In this document: in pieces, positions 39,097-50,010 of the stretch | Layout of the letters: each line of letters begins with the position of its first letter | Position numbering within the stretch: the first letter of the stretch is position 1 | Origin: Acidobacteriota bacterium | GTDB taxonomy: Bacteria; Acidobacteriota; JAAYUB01 | DNA: 64,000 bases | Direction of reading: 5' to 3' | Assembly (NCBI GenBank): GCA_016935015.1 | Contig: JAFGRT010000018.1 | Span: 22,693 to 86,692 of the forward strand | The notes under the pieces: model-generated | What the model was told of the DNA's origin: nothing | The model's input: only the letters and a program-made list of their open reading frames with translations | Database searches by the model: none | Made by a program: the position numbers and the translations under genes

Positions 39097-39957
39097 ATGA
39101 AGGATGAAAATCTGGACCGGATCATGGACAGATGGGTGGAAGAAGAGTTGCGCCGGGCGCCGGAGATCCGCCCGGCCGAGGCCGTCTACCGTCAACTGGA
39201 CACGATCCGGATCATTGGACAGCCATCCCGCTCCAGACTTTATATCGTCGCCAGTACCGCCGCAGCGATGATCGCCGTCGTCGTGGTGTATATCATCTTT
39301 CTGATGCCGCCGCCGGCGCCAGCGCCACCCATTCCGACACCCATCGGGTTGCGCAAGGGTTTTTTACCGGGCCGCGGCGGTAGCGAAAAGGGGCCGGAAA
39401 TTTCACCGCGCGGTGACCTATCGGCCAAACCCAAGAAAGGGGGGCGAGCTTTCAGCCAATTGCTGATCCAGTATCAGCGACCGGAAGCACGCCGCATCCG
39501 GGAATTCGACCTCCGGCAGAGGCCACCCCAACCATTTTCCCTTACGGCGGCCGACAACTACCGTCTGGTGCTTGGTGTGAGCGCTTATCGCCACGTATAT
39601 GTCGTTCAGCTCAGTCCGGACCTGGCCCCGGTGATGCTTTTCCCCAACCGGCAGCATTCCCCGGCACCCAATCCGGTGCCGGCCGGGCGAACACTTCAGC
39701 TGCCCGGCGATCCTTACTGGTTCCATCTGGGCAACACCGCCGGCGAGGAACGTTTGCTGATCCTGGCGGCCGAGATGCCTTTCCGCAAACTGGAAGAATT
39801 GTGGAACAGCTATTTGACCGCCGGCGATGCGGATGAGCAGCAGACCTTTCGACGCCAGCTGGTGGATTTGCTTCAGGCACCGCCTGCCGCCGCGGAGATT
39901 CCCCTCGAAGTGACGGTGTTCTTTTTTCAACATCATCCGCCCGAGGATCATCGCTGA
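39097..39957 (+). CDS. Putative anti-sigma factor: short cytoplasmic N-domain, one TM, Pro-rich linker, periplasmic DUF4384-like domain
   Basis: 69 nt downstream of the ECF sigma gene. TM helix LYIVASTAAAMIAVVVVYIIFLM, then PPPAPAPPIPTP. Confidence 0.55.
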   Translation: MKDENLDRIMDRWVEEELRRAPEIRPAEAVYRQLDTIRIIGQPSRSRLYIVASTAAAMIAVVVVYIIFLMPPPAPAPPIPTPIGLRKGFLPGRGGSEKGPEISPRGDLSAKPKKGGRAFSQLLIQYQRPEARRIREFDLRQRPPQPFSLTAADNYRLVLGVSAYRHVYVVQLSPDLAPVMLFPNRQHSPAPNPVPAGRTLQLPGDPYWFHLGNTAGEERLLILAAEMPFRKLEELWNSYLTAGDADEQQTFRRQLVDLLQAPPAAAEIPLEVTVFFFQHHPPEDHR

Positions 39958-40098
39958 GGAGCGGGTCCATCGTCCTACCGTCCACACGTTTGCGCCGGGT
40001 GTTCGGACAGACTTGTCGGTTGCTTGCAAACGGACTGCCAACAGGTGAGAATACCATTGGCGACGGCGGACCTCGAAATCGATGGAAGAGGAGGTATT

Positions 40099-40650
40099 AT
40101 GACTCAAGATCAGGCCCTGGACCTGCTGCACGAATGGACCCTCAAGGACGGGCTGCGCAAGCATGCGTACGGCGTGGCGGCCGCCATGCGCGCCTATGCC
40201 CGCAAATTCGGCGAGGACGAGGAAAAATGGGCCGTGGTGGGCCTGCTGCACGATTTTGACTATGAACGCTATCCCGACGCCGAGAACCATCCGTATCGTG
40301 GTGCCGAAGTATTGCGGGGAAAGGGACTTGACGAGGAAATGGTTCGGGCCGTTCTGTCCCACGCCAGTTACACCGGCGTACCCCGGGATACCCTCATGGC
40401 CAAGACCCTGTTCGCCGTGGACGAATTGGTGGGTTTCGTCACCGCTGTGGCGCTGGTCCGGCCCGAGCGGAAGGTGGCGGCGGTGACGCCCAAATCCGTT
40501 CGAAAAAAAATGAAAGACCACGCTTTCGCCCGGTCTGTCAATCGGGAAGAGATCGTGACGGGGGCTGAAGAACTGGGTGTCGAACTGAATGAACACATCG
40601 CCTTCGTCGTGGAGGCCATGGCCGGGATTGCCAACGAGTTGGGGCTTTGA
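40099..40650 (+). CDS. HD/HDIG-domain metal-dependent phosphohydrolase
   Basis: Start MTQDQ with GGAGG RBS. H...HD motif (HAYGVAAAMR...GLLHDFDYERYP). Confidence 0.75.
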   Translation: MTQDQALDLLHEWTLKDGLRKHAYGVAAAMRAYARKFGEDEEKWAVVGLLHDFDYERYPDAENHPYRGAEVLRGKGLDEEMVRAVLSHASYTGVPRDTLMAKTLFAVDELVGFVTAVALVRPERKVAAVTPKSVRKKMKDHAFARSVNREEIVTGAEELGVELNEHIAFVVEAMAGIANELGL

Positions 40651-40723
40651 GCCGGGGCTACTCGTCCCGCATCGTGCCTCACCCGGCTGTGGGAGGAAGC
40701 CGTTCGCCAGGAAGATCCCCGGC

Positions 40724-41380
40724 TTAGACGATTTTGTTGTTCGGGACTTTCTTCCAGTCGGCGAGGAACAACTCCAGACCTCGCTCGGTCAGGGGATGCT
40801 TGATGATCTGCATCAACACCTTAAAAGGTACCGTAGCCACATCGGCACCCATCAAGGCCGCTTCCAGGATATGGAGCGGATTGCGAACCGAAGCCACCAG
40901 CACTTCCGTCTCGAAATCGTAATTGCTGAAAATTTCCACGATCTGACCCACCAGCTCCATGCCCACGTGGCTGATGTCATCCAAGCGGCCGACGAACGGA
41001 CTGACAAAGGTAGCCCCGGCTTTGGCCGCCAGCAGCGCCTGCAGCGGTGAAAACACCAAGGTGACGTTGGTATGGATTCCTTCGGCCGACAGGCGCCGGA
41101 CCGCCTTGAGTCCGTCGGCGATGATCGGCACTTTGACGGTGATGTTGTCGGCGATTTTGGCCAGTTCGCGACCTTCGCGGACCATGCCGTCGGCTTCCAC
41201 ACTTACGACCTCGGCGCTGACCGGTCCGTCGACGATGCGGCAGATCTCCTGCAGAGTCTCCCGAAAATCCCCTTTTTCCTTGGCGATAAGGGAGGGATTG
41301 GTCGTCACGCCATCGATGAGTCCCAAGGCCTGGGCCTCGCGGATTTCGCTCAGATTGGCCGTATCGATAAAAAACTTCAT
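40724..41380 (-). CDS. fsa: Fructose-6-phosphate aldolase / transaldolase (subfamily 3B)
   Basis: 218 aa. [21 protein letters not shown] and catalytic-Lys region TVKVPI are typical of Fsa/TalC. Confidence 0.85.
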   Translation of the reverse strand: MKFFIDTANLSEIREAQALGLIDGVTTNPSLIAKEKGDFRETLQEICRIVDGPVSAEVVSVEADGMVREGRELAKIADNITVKVPIIADGLKAVRRLSAEGIHTNVTLVFSPLQALLAAKAGATFVSPFVGRLDDISHVGMELVGQIVEIFSNYDFETEVLVASVRNPLHILEAALMGADVATVPFKVLMQIIKHPLTERGLELFLADWKKVPNNKIV

Positions 41381-41399
41381 GGATCACCTCTTTTGCAGT

Positions 41400-42461
41400 T
41401 TATTTATGGGGAAACACAACTTCCGCCGAACGTGGACTTTCGTTGCCGCTGGTGTCGACGGCCGTCACGACATAGACATACTCGCCGGCGGGATCCGCCG
41501 TCTCGTCGGTGAAGGAAGGGAACTCCAGCAGCTGGCGGGTCAGTCGCCGGAAGGATTCCTCCCTGGATCCCCGCCGGTAGACACGGTATCCGGCCAGGTC
41601 CTTGTCGGGTACCGGATCCCAGAGCAGCTTGATCCGGTTTTCATCGAGGACGATGGTCACTGATTGGGGCGGCTCCGGTCCGAAAACATCCCGGGTGTTC
41701 ACTTGCTGCCACTCCGATTTGCCGCCGAATACCTCATCATCTCCCACGTTCCGGAACGAGCTGAGGGCATAGGCGAATTCCTGGCCCACGGCGAAATGTT
41801 CATCCGTGAACCGGCGGTCAGCCGGTGCGACCCGGCCGATTTCCGTCACCGGACCATCGGGCAGCTGCCGGCGATGGATCACCACGCCATCGCTGACCGG
41901 TGGGCGGCTCCCATTGAAATTGACGGACGCCGATTCCCAGGTCAGCACCACACCCTGCTTTTCCACCTGGGCGGTCACACGGCGGGGCGGGGCGGCTGCC
42001 ACCGCCACAGGCACGGCCGGCAGCCGGGCGGGCTCACTCCATTTGTTCCGCTCATTCTGGAAGCGGATGGTCATCGTCAGGCGGGCCTCATCCGGCCAGC
42101 GGTCGAGGCCGAGCCGACGGTCCAGATCCGTCACCACCACCCGGAAGGTTCGCCCCGTTAACCGGCCATTGAGTTCTTTCTCCGCCAGCTGGAGGAGCGG
42201 CACTGGTCCCGTTGGTTCGGTGTCACCGGTCAAGGATTCCAGGAAACCAGTGATCTCCAGTTGCCGGTAGGCCTCGATGGACGAACCGTCACGGTTAGCC
42301 GCCGGCAATGTTCCCGTCACCACGATGGTATCGCCTTCCTGAACGGCCGTCATTTTAAGGGGCGGCCCGGGCAGCCGTTTCAGCGGGGGTAGGGGCGGCT
42401 CCATTCGCGCACAGCCGGCGACGGCCAACAGCAACAGGATGATGGAAATCCGTGTGATCAT
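41400..42461 (-). CDS. Lipoprotein with fibronectin type III-like domains
   Basis: Lipobox LLLAVAGCA. Two Fn3-like segments (LTWES..., LLWDPVPDKDLAGYRVYR...YVYVVTAVDTSGNES). Its ATG overlaps the hslU stop. Confidence 0.55.
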   Translation of the reverse strand: MITRISIILLLLAVAGCARMEPPLPPLKRLPGPPLKMTAVQEGDTIVVTGTLPAANRDGSSIEAYRQLEITGFLESLTGDTEPTGPVPLLQLAEKELNGRLTGRTFRVVVTDLDRRLGLDRWPDEARLTMTIRFQNERNKWSEPARLPAVPVAVAAAPPRRVTAQVEKQGVVLTWESASVNFNGSRPPVSDGVVIHRRQLPDGPVTEIGRVAPADRRFTDEHFAVGQEFAYALSSFRNVGDDEVFGGKSEWQQVNTRDVFGPEPPQSVTIVLDENRIKLLWDPVPDKDLAGYRVYRRGSREESFRRLTRQLLEFPSFTDETADPAGEYVYVVTAVDTSGNESPRSAEVVFPHK

Positions 42462-42463
42462 GA

Positions 42464-43873
42464 TCAGAGGATATACTTGCTCAAATCTTCGTCTTCAACG
42501 ATGTCTTTCAGCTGTTTTTCTACATAGTCGCTGGAAATGGTGATTTGCTTGTCGGCCAGCTCCTCTCCTTCAAACAGGATCTGATCCAGGACGCTCTCCA
42601 TGATGGTGTACAACCGGCGGGCGCCGATGTTCAGGGCGGAATCGTTCACCCGGGCAGCAAAATGGGCGATGGAACGGATGGCCGAATCATGGAAATGCAG
42701 GGTTACGCCCTCGGTCTCCATCAGAGCGGTGTACTGCTTGATCAGGGCGTTCTCCGGCTCGGTGAGAATGCGGACGAAGTCCTCCTCGGAGAGGCTGTCC
42801 ATCTCCACGCGCAGTGGAAAGCGCCCCTGCAGCTCGGGGATGAGATCCGACGGCGAGCTGACATGGAAGGCTCCGGCGGCGATGAACAGGATGTGATCGG
42901 TCCGGACCATGCCGTGCTTGGTGTTGACGGTGGTGCCTTCCACGATGGGGAGGATGTCGCGCTGAACACCTTCGCGGCTGACGTCCGGCCCGTGGGTCGT
43001 GCCCTCACTTTTGGCGATCTTGTCGATCTCGTCCAAAAAGATGATGCCCGAATGCTCCACCCGCTTGATGGCGTCGCGCGACAGGCGGTCGGTATCGATC
43101 AGACGCTGCTCCTCCTCCCGGATGAGGTGCTCCATCCCCTCATCCACCCGCATCTGGCGACGCTTTTTCTGACTGCCGAACAGGCCACCCAGCATGTCCT
43201 TCATGTTGACGCCCAGTTCCTCTACCCCGGCCGAGCTGAAAATTTCGAAACTGGGGAAACGGTTCTGCTGGACCTCGATCTCCACCGCCCGGTGATCCAG
43301 CTCGCCGGTACGCAGCTTTTCCCGCATTTTTTCTCGGGTTTTCTGGAAATTCTCGTAGGCCGACCACTCGCCCGGCGCCTGGGACTCGGGCTGGACGGGC
43401 TTGGGGTAGGGCGGCAGCAGCAGGTCCAGCATGCGGTTCTCGGCGTTGATGACGGCTTTCTCGCGCACTTCCTGGAACATTTCCTCCCGGACCATGTCCA
43501 CGCCGATTTCCACCAGGTCGCGGATCATGGACTCCACGTCGCGGCCCACGTACCCTACCTCAGTGAATTTACTGGCTTCCACCTTCAGAAAAGGGCTGCG
43601 CGACAGACGCGCCAAGCGGCGGGCGATCTCCGTTTTGCCCACACCGGTGGGACCGATGAGGATGATGTTCTTGGGCGCCACTTCTTCGGCCATGGCTTCG
43701 CTCAGTTTCTGGCGGCGGACCCGGTTACGCAGCGCGATGGCTACCGCCCGTTTGGCCTTGTGCTGGCCGACGACGTACTTGTCCAGTTCGGCCACGATCT
43801 GACGTGGATTCAACTCGTCCAGGTTGATGGGCTTCTCCTGCAGGGCAGGCTGGTACTGGCGGTAAATATTCAT
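42464..43873 (-). CDS. hslU: ATP-dependent protease ATPase subunit HslU
   Basis: Walker A GPTGVGKT, followed by the I-domain and the C-terminal HslV-docking end. Start MNIYRQ overlaps the hslV stop. Confidence 0.9.
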   Translation of the reverse strand: MNIYRQYQPALQEKPINLDELNPRQIVAELDKYVVGQHKAKRAVAIALRNRVRRQKLSEAMAEEVAPKNIILIGPTGVGKTEIARRLARLSRSPFLKVEASKFTEVGYVGRDVESMIRDLVEIGVDMVREEMFQEVREKAVINAENRMLDLLLPPYPKPVQPESQAPGEWSAYENFQKTREKMREKLRTGELDHRAVEIEVQQNRFPSFEIFSSAGVEELGVNMKDMLGGLFGSQKKRRQMRVDEGMEHLIREEEQRLIDTDRLSRDAIKRVEHSGIIFLDEIDKIAKSEGTTHGPDVSREGVQRDILPIVEGTTVNTKHGMVRTDHILFIAAGAFHVSSPSDLIPELQGRFPLRVEMDSLSEEDFVRILTEPENALIKQYTALMETEGVTLHFHDSAIRSIAHFAARVNDSALNIGARRLYTIMESVLDQILFEGEELADKQITISSDYVEKQLKDIVEDEDLSKYIL

Positions 43874-43874
43874 G

Positions 43875-44417
43875 TCAGGACGCTCCGGCGGCAAGGATTT
43901 CCACAACGAGACTCTCGTTGGTGTAGATGCAGATTTCGGCGGCGATCTTCATGGCCTCGCGGGCGATCTCCTCGGCCGACAGGGTGGTGTGACGCAGCAG
44001 GGCCGTGGCCGCCGCCTTGGCGAAATCGCCGCCCGAGCCGATGCCGATGAGCCCGTCCTCCGGCTCGATGATGTCGCCGGTCCCCGACAAGAGGAAAGCG
44101 CGCTTTTCGTCGGCCACCAGCATCAGGGCCTCCAGGTGCCGCAGCGAGCGGTCGGTGCGCCATTCCTGGGCCAGCTCCACGGCGGCCCGTTCCAGATTGC
44201 CCGAGAACTCCTTGAGTTTCTTCTCGAAACGGGCGAAAAGAGCGAAGGCGTCGGCCGTGGAGCCGGCGAAACCGGCGATGACCTTGCCGTCGAAGAGCCG
44301 CCGCACTTTGCGGGCGGTATGTTTGACCACGGTTTTACCCATGGTCACCTGGCCGTCGCCGGCCAGGACGGACACGCCGTCCTTGCGCACAAAGAGAATG
44401 GTGGTGCCTGTCATCAT
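43875..44417 (-). CDS. hslV: ATP-dependent protease subunit HslV
   Basis: N-terminal catalytic Thr ([14 protein letters not shown]...), GSGGDFA. Confidence 0.9.
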   Translation of the reverse strand: MMTGTTILFVRKDGVSVLAGDGQVTMGKTVVKHTARKVRRLFDGKVIAGFAGSTADAFALFARFEKKLKEFSGNLERAAVELAQEWRTDRSLRHLEALMLVADEKRAFLLSGTGDIIEPEDGLIGIGSGGDFAKAAATALLRHTTLSAEEIAREAMKIAAEICIYTNESLVVEILAAGAS

Positions 44418-44460
44418 GGGTGATATGCCTCGATGGGGACGACCGGAGGACGCACCGGCG

Positions 44461-45018
44461 TCAGATTTTCATCAGTTCCGTCTCTTTTTTCTTGGTGAGT
44501 TCGTCGATTTTCTTCACGTACTCGTCGGTCAGGGACTGCACCCGGTCCTGCCCTTTGTGGGACTGGTCCTCGGAGATTTCCTTGTCCTTTTCCAGCTTCT
44601 GGATCTGGTCGCGGGCGGTCTGGCGGTTCTGGCGAACGGCGATCCGGTGCTGCTCGGACATCTGGTGGACGTTCTTGACCAGCTGCTTGCGCCGCTCCTC
44701 GGTCAACGGCGGCACCGGGAGTCGGATGACCTTGCCGTCGTTGGAGGGGGTGATGCCGAGATCCGACTGCTGGATGGCCTTTTCGATGGCGCCGATGCTG
44801 GAGACATCCCACGGCTGGATCACGATGAGGGTCGGGTCGGGCGTGGAAATGGTGGCCAGCTGGTTGAGGGGCGTCATGGTGCCGTAGTAGTCCACACGGA
44901 CCGGATCCACCAGGTGGACCGAGGCCCGGCCGGTGCGTACCGATTTGAGCTCCTGCTCGAAGTCGAGGAGCGTCATCTCCATTTTCTCTTCCGTTTGTTT
45001 TAATACTTCCTCTAGCAT
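44461..45018 (-). CDS. frr: Ribosome recycling factor
   Basis: 185 aa, canonical RRF ([19 protein letters not shown]..., [13 protein letters not shown]). Confidence 0.9.
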   Translation of the reverse strand: MLEEVLKQTEEKMEMTLLDFEQELKSVRTGRASVHLVDPVRVDYYGTMTPLNQLATISTPDPTLIVIQPWDVSSIGAIEKAIQQSDLGITPSNDGKVIRLPVPPLTEERRKQLVKNVHQMSEQHRIAVRQNRQTARDQIQKLEKDKEISEDQSHKGQDRVQSLTDEYVKKIDELTKKKETELMKI

Positions 45019-45348
45019 AACCTGGTCCTCTCCACGTAATGTTCATAAACGACCATACGAAAAGCTTATTATACGGGAGCTCCGGCCGGTTGGTCAAGGA
45101 GCAGATCACCTTCGGAAGAAATCCTCATTGCTGTCGGTGGACGATGGGGGCGGGCCGGGAGGGAGGCGAACAGTCCGGCGGCCTGTCATTCTGCGCCCTT
45201 GCGGCGGATGATGTCGGCTGCGAGCGTGATCAAGAAGGCTGATCGGGTAATCCGATGCTCTCCATTACCAGTAGCCGGAGGATTTTCTCCTTTTCTTTTG
45301 CCATGTTGCCGGTATAATGAAGTCGATCCACGAGCGTAACCGAATCGT

Positions 45349-47088
45349 ATGGTTAGAAAACCATTGCCCAAATACATCCCGCCCTGGAGCCTGGCGGTCC
45401 TGTTCTGCCTGGCGCTGACCGCCGCCTGGATCGGCTCCCTCCTCACGCATTCCGGCGGGATCTCGGCTTCCACCACCACCATCCACGCTTCATCCTGGAC
45501 CAGCATTCTGCCGCCGCTGCTGGCTATCGCCTTCGCCCTGATCTCCCGCCAGGTGATGCTGGCGCTTTTTCTCGGCGTCTGGCTGGGGGCCTTCCTGGTG
45601 GGACCGCCCGGCTGGGGACGCCTGATGTTCAGCTTCTTTCGGGCCCTGTCCGAGTACGTTGTGCCGGCCGTGGCCGAACGGGATCATGCCAGTATCATCA
45701 TCTTCAGCCTCCTCATCGGCGGCATGATCGGCGTGATTACCGAAAACGGCGGCATGAACGGGGTGGTGGAGCGCATCAGCCGCTACATTAAAACACGGCG
45801 GGGCGGACAGCTGGCCACCTCCTGTTTCGGACTGCTGATTTTTTTCGATGATTACTCCAACACCATGATCGTGGGCAATGCCATGCGTGCCCTCACGGAC
45901 AAGCTGCGCATCAGTCGTGCCAAGCTGGCTTACCTGGTGGACTCCACCGCCGCGCCGGTGGCCACAGTGGCCCTGGTGAGCACCTGGATCGGTGCCATGG
46001 TAGCCTATATCGCCGAAGCCGAAACCTTCATGGAAAACTATGCCGAATCGGCCTACCTGGTGTTCGTCAATTCCCTGCCGTACAATTTCTACGCTTTTTT
46101 CACCCTGTTTTTCGTACTGGCCATCGCCGCCTCCGACAAAGATTTCGGCCCCATGCTCACCGCCCGGCGCCGGCTACTGGCCAACCCCGAGCCCCTCGGC
46201 CCTGACAAGTACGACTTCTACAAGATCAGCGATCCCACCCAACCCTTTCTCGTCCGAACCGCCCACTGGAGTAACGCGGCCGTACCCATCTCCATCCTCA
46301 TCGCCGCCACCCTCGTCGGATTATGGGTAACGGGTGATGGGGAGTCGGTCCAGGACATCATCGGCTCGGCGGATTCCTACGCCGCCCTGTTGTGGGCCTC
46401 CCTCATCGCCATCTTCGTCGCCGGCCTGCTCACCCACTTCAACCGGTTACTGACCGCTGAGCAGACCATGCGTGGCATCCGCTCCGGGATGCACCTCATG
46501 TTCGACGGCCTGCTGATCCTGGTGCTGGCCTGGTCCATCAGTACCGTCACCAAAGAACTCGGCACCGCCAATTACCTGGTACAGGTGTTGCATGACATTC
46601 TGAATCCCTATTGGACACCCATGGTGATCTTCATCCTGGCAGCGCTCATCAGCTTCGCCACCGGCTCCAGCTGGGGCACCATGGGTATCCTCATGCCCCT
46701 GGTCGTACCGCTGGTCTGGAATACCGGCCTGGCCAACCATCTGCCGCCGGAAGCAACCCACAGTCTCATTTTCGGCAGCGTCAGTTCCGTCCTGGCCGGC
46801 TCGGTGTGGGGCGATCACTGTTCACCCATTTCCGACACCACCATCCTCAGCTCTTCCGCCAGCCACTGCAATCACATCGAGCACGTCCGCACCCAGCTGC
46901 CATACGCCGTGGTGGTGGGCGTGGTCAGCATCATGGCCCTTATCGCCGCCTTCGTGTGGGAGATTCCCGTGTGGATCATCTACCCCATCGGGTTTCTGAT
47001 CTTGTTCGGCGTTATTTACCGTTTCGGCCGCAGTCCGGAGACGGAAACCGTCGCGGAGACCCATGACATTTCACGACCGGCCGAATAG
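45349..47088 (+). CDS. nhaC: Na+/H+ antiporter NhaC-family transporter
   Basis: 12+ TM; NhaC-family conserved stretches (FFDDYSNTMIVGNAMR..., GSSWGTMGILMP). A TATAAT sits 31 nt upstream. Confidence 0.75.
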   Translation: MVRKPLPKYIPPWSLAVLFCLALTAAWIGSLLTHSGGISASTTTIHASSWTSILPPLLAIAFALISRQVMLALFLGVWLGAFLVGPPGWGRLMFSFFRALSEYVVPAVAERDHASIIIFSLLIGGMIGVITENGGMNGVVERISRYIKTRRGGQLATSCFGLLIFFDDYSNTMIVGNAMRALTDKLRISRAKLAYLVDSTAAPVATVALVSTWIGAMVAYIAEAETFMENYAESAYLVFVNSLPYNFYAFFTLFFVLAIAASDKDFGPMLTARRRLLANPEPLGPDKYDFYKISDPTQPFLVRTAHWSNAAVPISILIAATLVGLWVTGDGESVQDIIGSADSYAALLWASLIAIFVAGLLTHFNRLLTAEQTMRGIRSGMHLMFDGLLILVLAWSISTVTKELGTANYLVQVLHDILNPYWTPMVIFILAALISFATGSSWGTMGILMPLVVPLVWNTGLANHLPPEATHSLIFGSVSSVLAGSVWGDHCSPISDTTILSSSASHCNHIEHVRTQLPYAVVVGVVSIMALIAAFVWEIPVWIIYPIGFLILFGVIYRFGRSPETETVAETHDISRPAE

Positions 47089-47282
47089 ACGCCGTTCCGC
47101 CTCCCCTCCATCAACCATCCCAGAACAGTTTGCCTTTGACAAATGCCCGACCATGAGTTACTAACATAATTCCGCCCCCTGTGAGACGGAAGGGCCGCCC
47201 GCCCGGCCATGCGTCGTCAGTCTGTTCAGCCGCTGATGATTCCGCCCCGGCGGCGGTCCAGTAAAGAGCGGAGCCTGAATTC

Positions 47283-48233
47283 ATGCACATCATCAACACC
47301 CTGACTCCCATCATCGTTCTGGTCGGATTGGGCGCCATCCTGCGGCTGGCCGGTTTTTACGAAAACGCCTTCTGCCGGGAGCTCAACCGGCTGGTATATT
47401 GGGTGGGGGTCCCCTGCCTGCTGTTCAGCAAAACCGCCCAAAGCACCGTCCCCTTGGACACCGCCATACGGCTTTTCCTATGTATGTCGCTGGTCATGGT
47501 CCTGGGGATCCTGCTGGGCTATGCCGGCGGGTGGACTCTGCGCCTGCCGGGCCCTTCCCTCGGCGCCTTCGTGCAGGGTGCCTTTCGCAGTAACCTCGTA
47601 TACGTCGGCTTGCCGGTGATTCTATTCGCGCTGGCGACCCCGGGACACCCACCCGAGGCTGACATCGCCTCCCTGGCGGTACTGTCCGTCGCTCCGCTGA
47701 TCCCGCTCTACAATGTGGTTGCCGTGATCATCCTGCTGCTCGGCCAGCCGCGGGACAGCACCTCCTGGAGCCGCTACCTGCGCCGCATGTTCATCAGTGT
47801 CGTTTCCAACCCCCTGCTCATCGCCTGCGTGGCCGGCCTGGCCTATCTGCTTACGGGCTGGACGCTTCCCCCCGTGGTGGAGCGCAGCTGTAGTCTCATC
47901 GGCCAGATGGCCCTTCCCCTGGCCCTGCTCAGTACCGGCGCTTCCCTTTCGTTCTCTTCCCTCCGGGGCAGTATGCCCGCCACGGTGGTCGCCGCGATTC
48001 TCAAGATAGGCGTCACCCCCATGCTGGGGTTCCTGCTAGCACCCTGGTTCGGTCTGACCGGCCGGGAACTGGTCATCGTTCTCATCTATTTAGCCTGCCC
48101 CACCGCCGTGGTTTCTTTCGTCATGGCCGAGCAACTGAAGGCGGATCATCTCCTCACCGGCAATATCATCCTGGTGACCACCATCCTGTCCATGCCCGGT
48201 CTGGCCCTGATCCTGCTCCTGGCCTCGGGCTGA
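47283..48233 (+). CDS. AEC (auxin efflux carrier) family permease
   Basis: 316 aa, 10 TM in a 5+5 arrangement. Hairpin GGCTCAtttcTGAGCC ~15 nt downstream. Confidence 0.75.
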   Translation: MHIINTLTPIIVLVGLGAILRLAGFYENAFCRELNRLVYWVGVPCLLFSKTAQSTVPLDTAIRLFLCMSLVMVLGILLGYAGGWTLRLPGPSLGAFVQGAFRSNLVYVGLPVILFALATPGHPPEADIASLAVLSVAPLIPLYNVVAVIILLLGQPRDSTSWSRYLRRMFISVVSNPLLIACVAGLAYLLTGWTLPPVVERSCSLIGQMALPLALLSTGASLSFSSLRGSMPATVVAAILKIGVTPMLGFLLAPWFGLTGRELVIVLIYLACPTAVVSFVMAEQLKADHLLTGNIILVTTILSMPGLALILLLASG

Positions 48234-48559
48234 GGCGCACCGCCCGGTCAGGCCGGCTCATTTCTGAGCCCAAATCTGAACAGTCACCTCCACGTCTGGC
48301 GGGGAAGATCCGTGTGACATGGCATAGACCGGCTTGCCGGCCGGATTCGGGCATGAACCATCCCCGGCCGGGGTAAATCTAAACAGGAAAGCGCCCTCCA
48401 CCAGGATGCGATGGCTGGTCTCCGGATTAGCCATTTTTCTTTCTTTACGGGAGCATGTGTACGGCCACTGATGCAGCAGATATAAAAAATTTTAAATATA
48501 GTACAACTTTCATGGCCGGCTGGCGTAAGATGAGGGGAATTTTCAGAGAGGTGAAACAG

Positions 48560-49882
48560 ATGCCCAACCAAGCAGAATCGGATCGTCGCCGTTTTATCCG
48601 CAACGCCGGCCTGGGCCTGGTGGGTGCCGGTGTCCTGAGTCATGGCGCCTGGTCCTCCGCCCAGGAAGCGGCGGAAGCCGAGGCTCCCGACGGAGCCAGG
48701 ATCAAGGAGTTCCGCACCCTGGGCCGGACCGGGTTCAAGGTCTCCGACATCAGCACCGGCGGTCCCCTTGAAGCCGGCCTTCTCCGGGCCTTGCTGGATG
48801 TGGGCGTCAACTACATCGACACCGCCGAAAGCTACGGTCGCGGCGCCTCGGAAAAAGTGGTGGGCGAGGTGCTCAAGGACCGCGATCGCAAATCTCTCTT
48901 CATCTCCTCCAAGCTGGTGGTGAAGGAAACGGACACCCGGGATACCATCCTGGATCGCTCCCGCCAGTGTCTCGAGCGCCTGGGGACCGAATACCTCGAC
49001 TGCATGATGATCCACAGTGCCCCCACCATCGCCATCGTCAAGCATGAGGGCTTCCATGAAGCCATGCGCCAGCTGAAGACCGACGGCAAGGTTCGTTACC
49101 TGGGCATCTCCAATCACGGTTCCCAGTGGGAGGAGCAGGCCGAGACCATGGAGCAGGTGATCTGTGGCGCCGCGGCGGACGGCCGGTTCGACGTTATGCT
49201 GCTGGTCTACAACTTCATCCAGCAGGAGCAGGGCCGAAACGCCCTGGCCGCCTGTCGCGAACACAACATCGGCACCACCCTGATGAAGACCAACCCGGTG
49301 GGCGGGTATATGGGTCTCAAGCAGATGATCGAGCAACGTGAAAAGGAAGGGCAGGAGATCCCCGACCAATACCGTCATATCCTGTCCAAACTGAAAGCGG
49401 TAGCCGATCAGGCCGATGATTTCATCCAGAAGAACGATCTGAATAATCCCGCCGAGATCCGGGATGCCGCCATCCGCTTTGTCCTGAGCAATCGGGACGT
49501 GCATACGGTCTGCGTTTCGTTCCGGAATTTTGATGACGTCGACACGTACGTCAAGCTCTCCGGTACGGCATTGTCGGCACCCGAAGCGAAAAAGCTCAGC
49601 GCCTACCGTCAGGGATGCGGCGCCATCTACTGCCGCCATGCCTGCGGCATCTGCGAAGCCAACTGTCCGCGGGGTGTGCCTGTGAATACCATCATGCGCT
49701 ACAACCATTATTTTGAAGCCCAGGGCCGGGAAAAATACGCCATGGCCAAATATGCCGCCTTGCCCACCGCCAAGGGAAACGTCTGCCAGGATTGTGCCGG
49801 GCATTGTGAATCCGCCTGCCCGTATGGCGTGCCGGTCCAGGGATTGCTGGCGCTGGCCCATCATCGTTTGACACTTGTCTGA
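48560..49882 (+). CDS. Aldo/keto reductase with twin-arginine (Tat) signal peptide and C-terminal 4Fe-4S ferredoxin-like Cys cluster
   Basis: Start MPNQAESDRRRFIRNAGLGLVGAGV (RRxFI Tat motif; GAGAGGTG RBS). AKR core (GVNYIDTAESYG...). C-terminal CRHACGICEANCP...CQDCAGHCESACP. Confidence 0.75.
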   Translation: MPNQAESDRRRFIRNAGLGLVGAGVLSHGAWSSAQEAAEAEAPDGARIKEFRTLGRTGFKVSDISTGGPLEAGLLRALLDVGVNYIDTAESYGRGASEKVVGEVLKDRDRKSLFISSKLVVKETDTRDTILDRSRQCLERLGTEYLDCMMIHSAPTIAIVKHEGFHEAMRQLKTDGKVRYLGISNHGSQWEEQAETMEQVICGAAADGRFDVMLLVYNFIQQEQGRNALAACREHNIGTTLMKTNPVGGYMGLKQMIEQREKEGQEIPDQYRHILSKLKAVADQADDFIQKNDLNNPAEIRDAAIRFVLSNRDVHTVCVSFRNFDDVDTYVKLSGTALSAPEAKKLSAYRQGCGAIYCRHACGICEANCPRGVPVNTIMRYNHYFEAQGREKYAMAKYAALPTAKGNVCQDCAGHCESACPYGVPVQGLLALAHHRLTLV

Positions 49883-50010
49883 CAGTGCCGAAACGTCATC
49901 CTCACCGCCCATCGGCTGAACCGGACGGCGGCCGTCGACGCGTCCGCCACCGGTTCATATGCTCACAAATTCGGCAAACCTGCGCGCCCTTTCCATCATC
50001 TATACCAGTG

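Noticed and set aside
39418-40596. 392-aa minus-strand ORF
   Set aside because: It is antisense to two well-supported plus-strand genes (anti-sigma factor and HD hydrolase, both with good RBS). Its Arg/Gly/Pro-rich composition is typical of high-GC shadow ORFs.
48284-49912. 542-aa minus-strand ORF
   Set aside because: It is the shadow ORF of the Tat-signal aldo/keto reductase gene, which has a clear domain structure and RBS.
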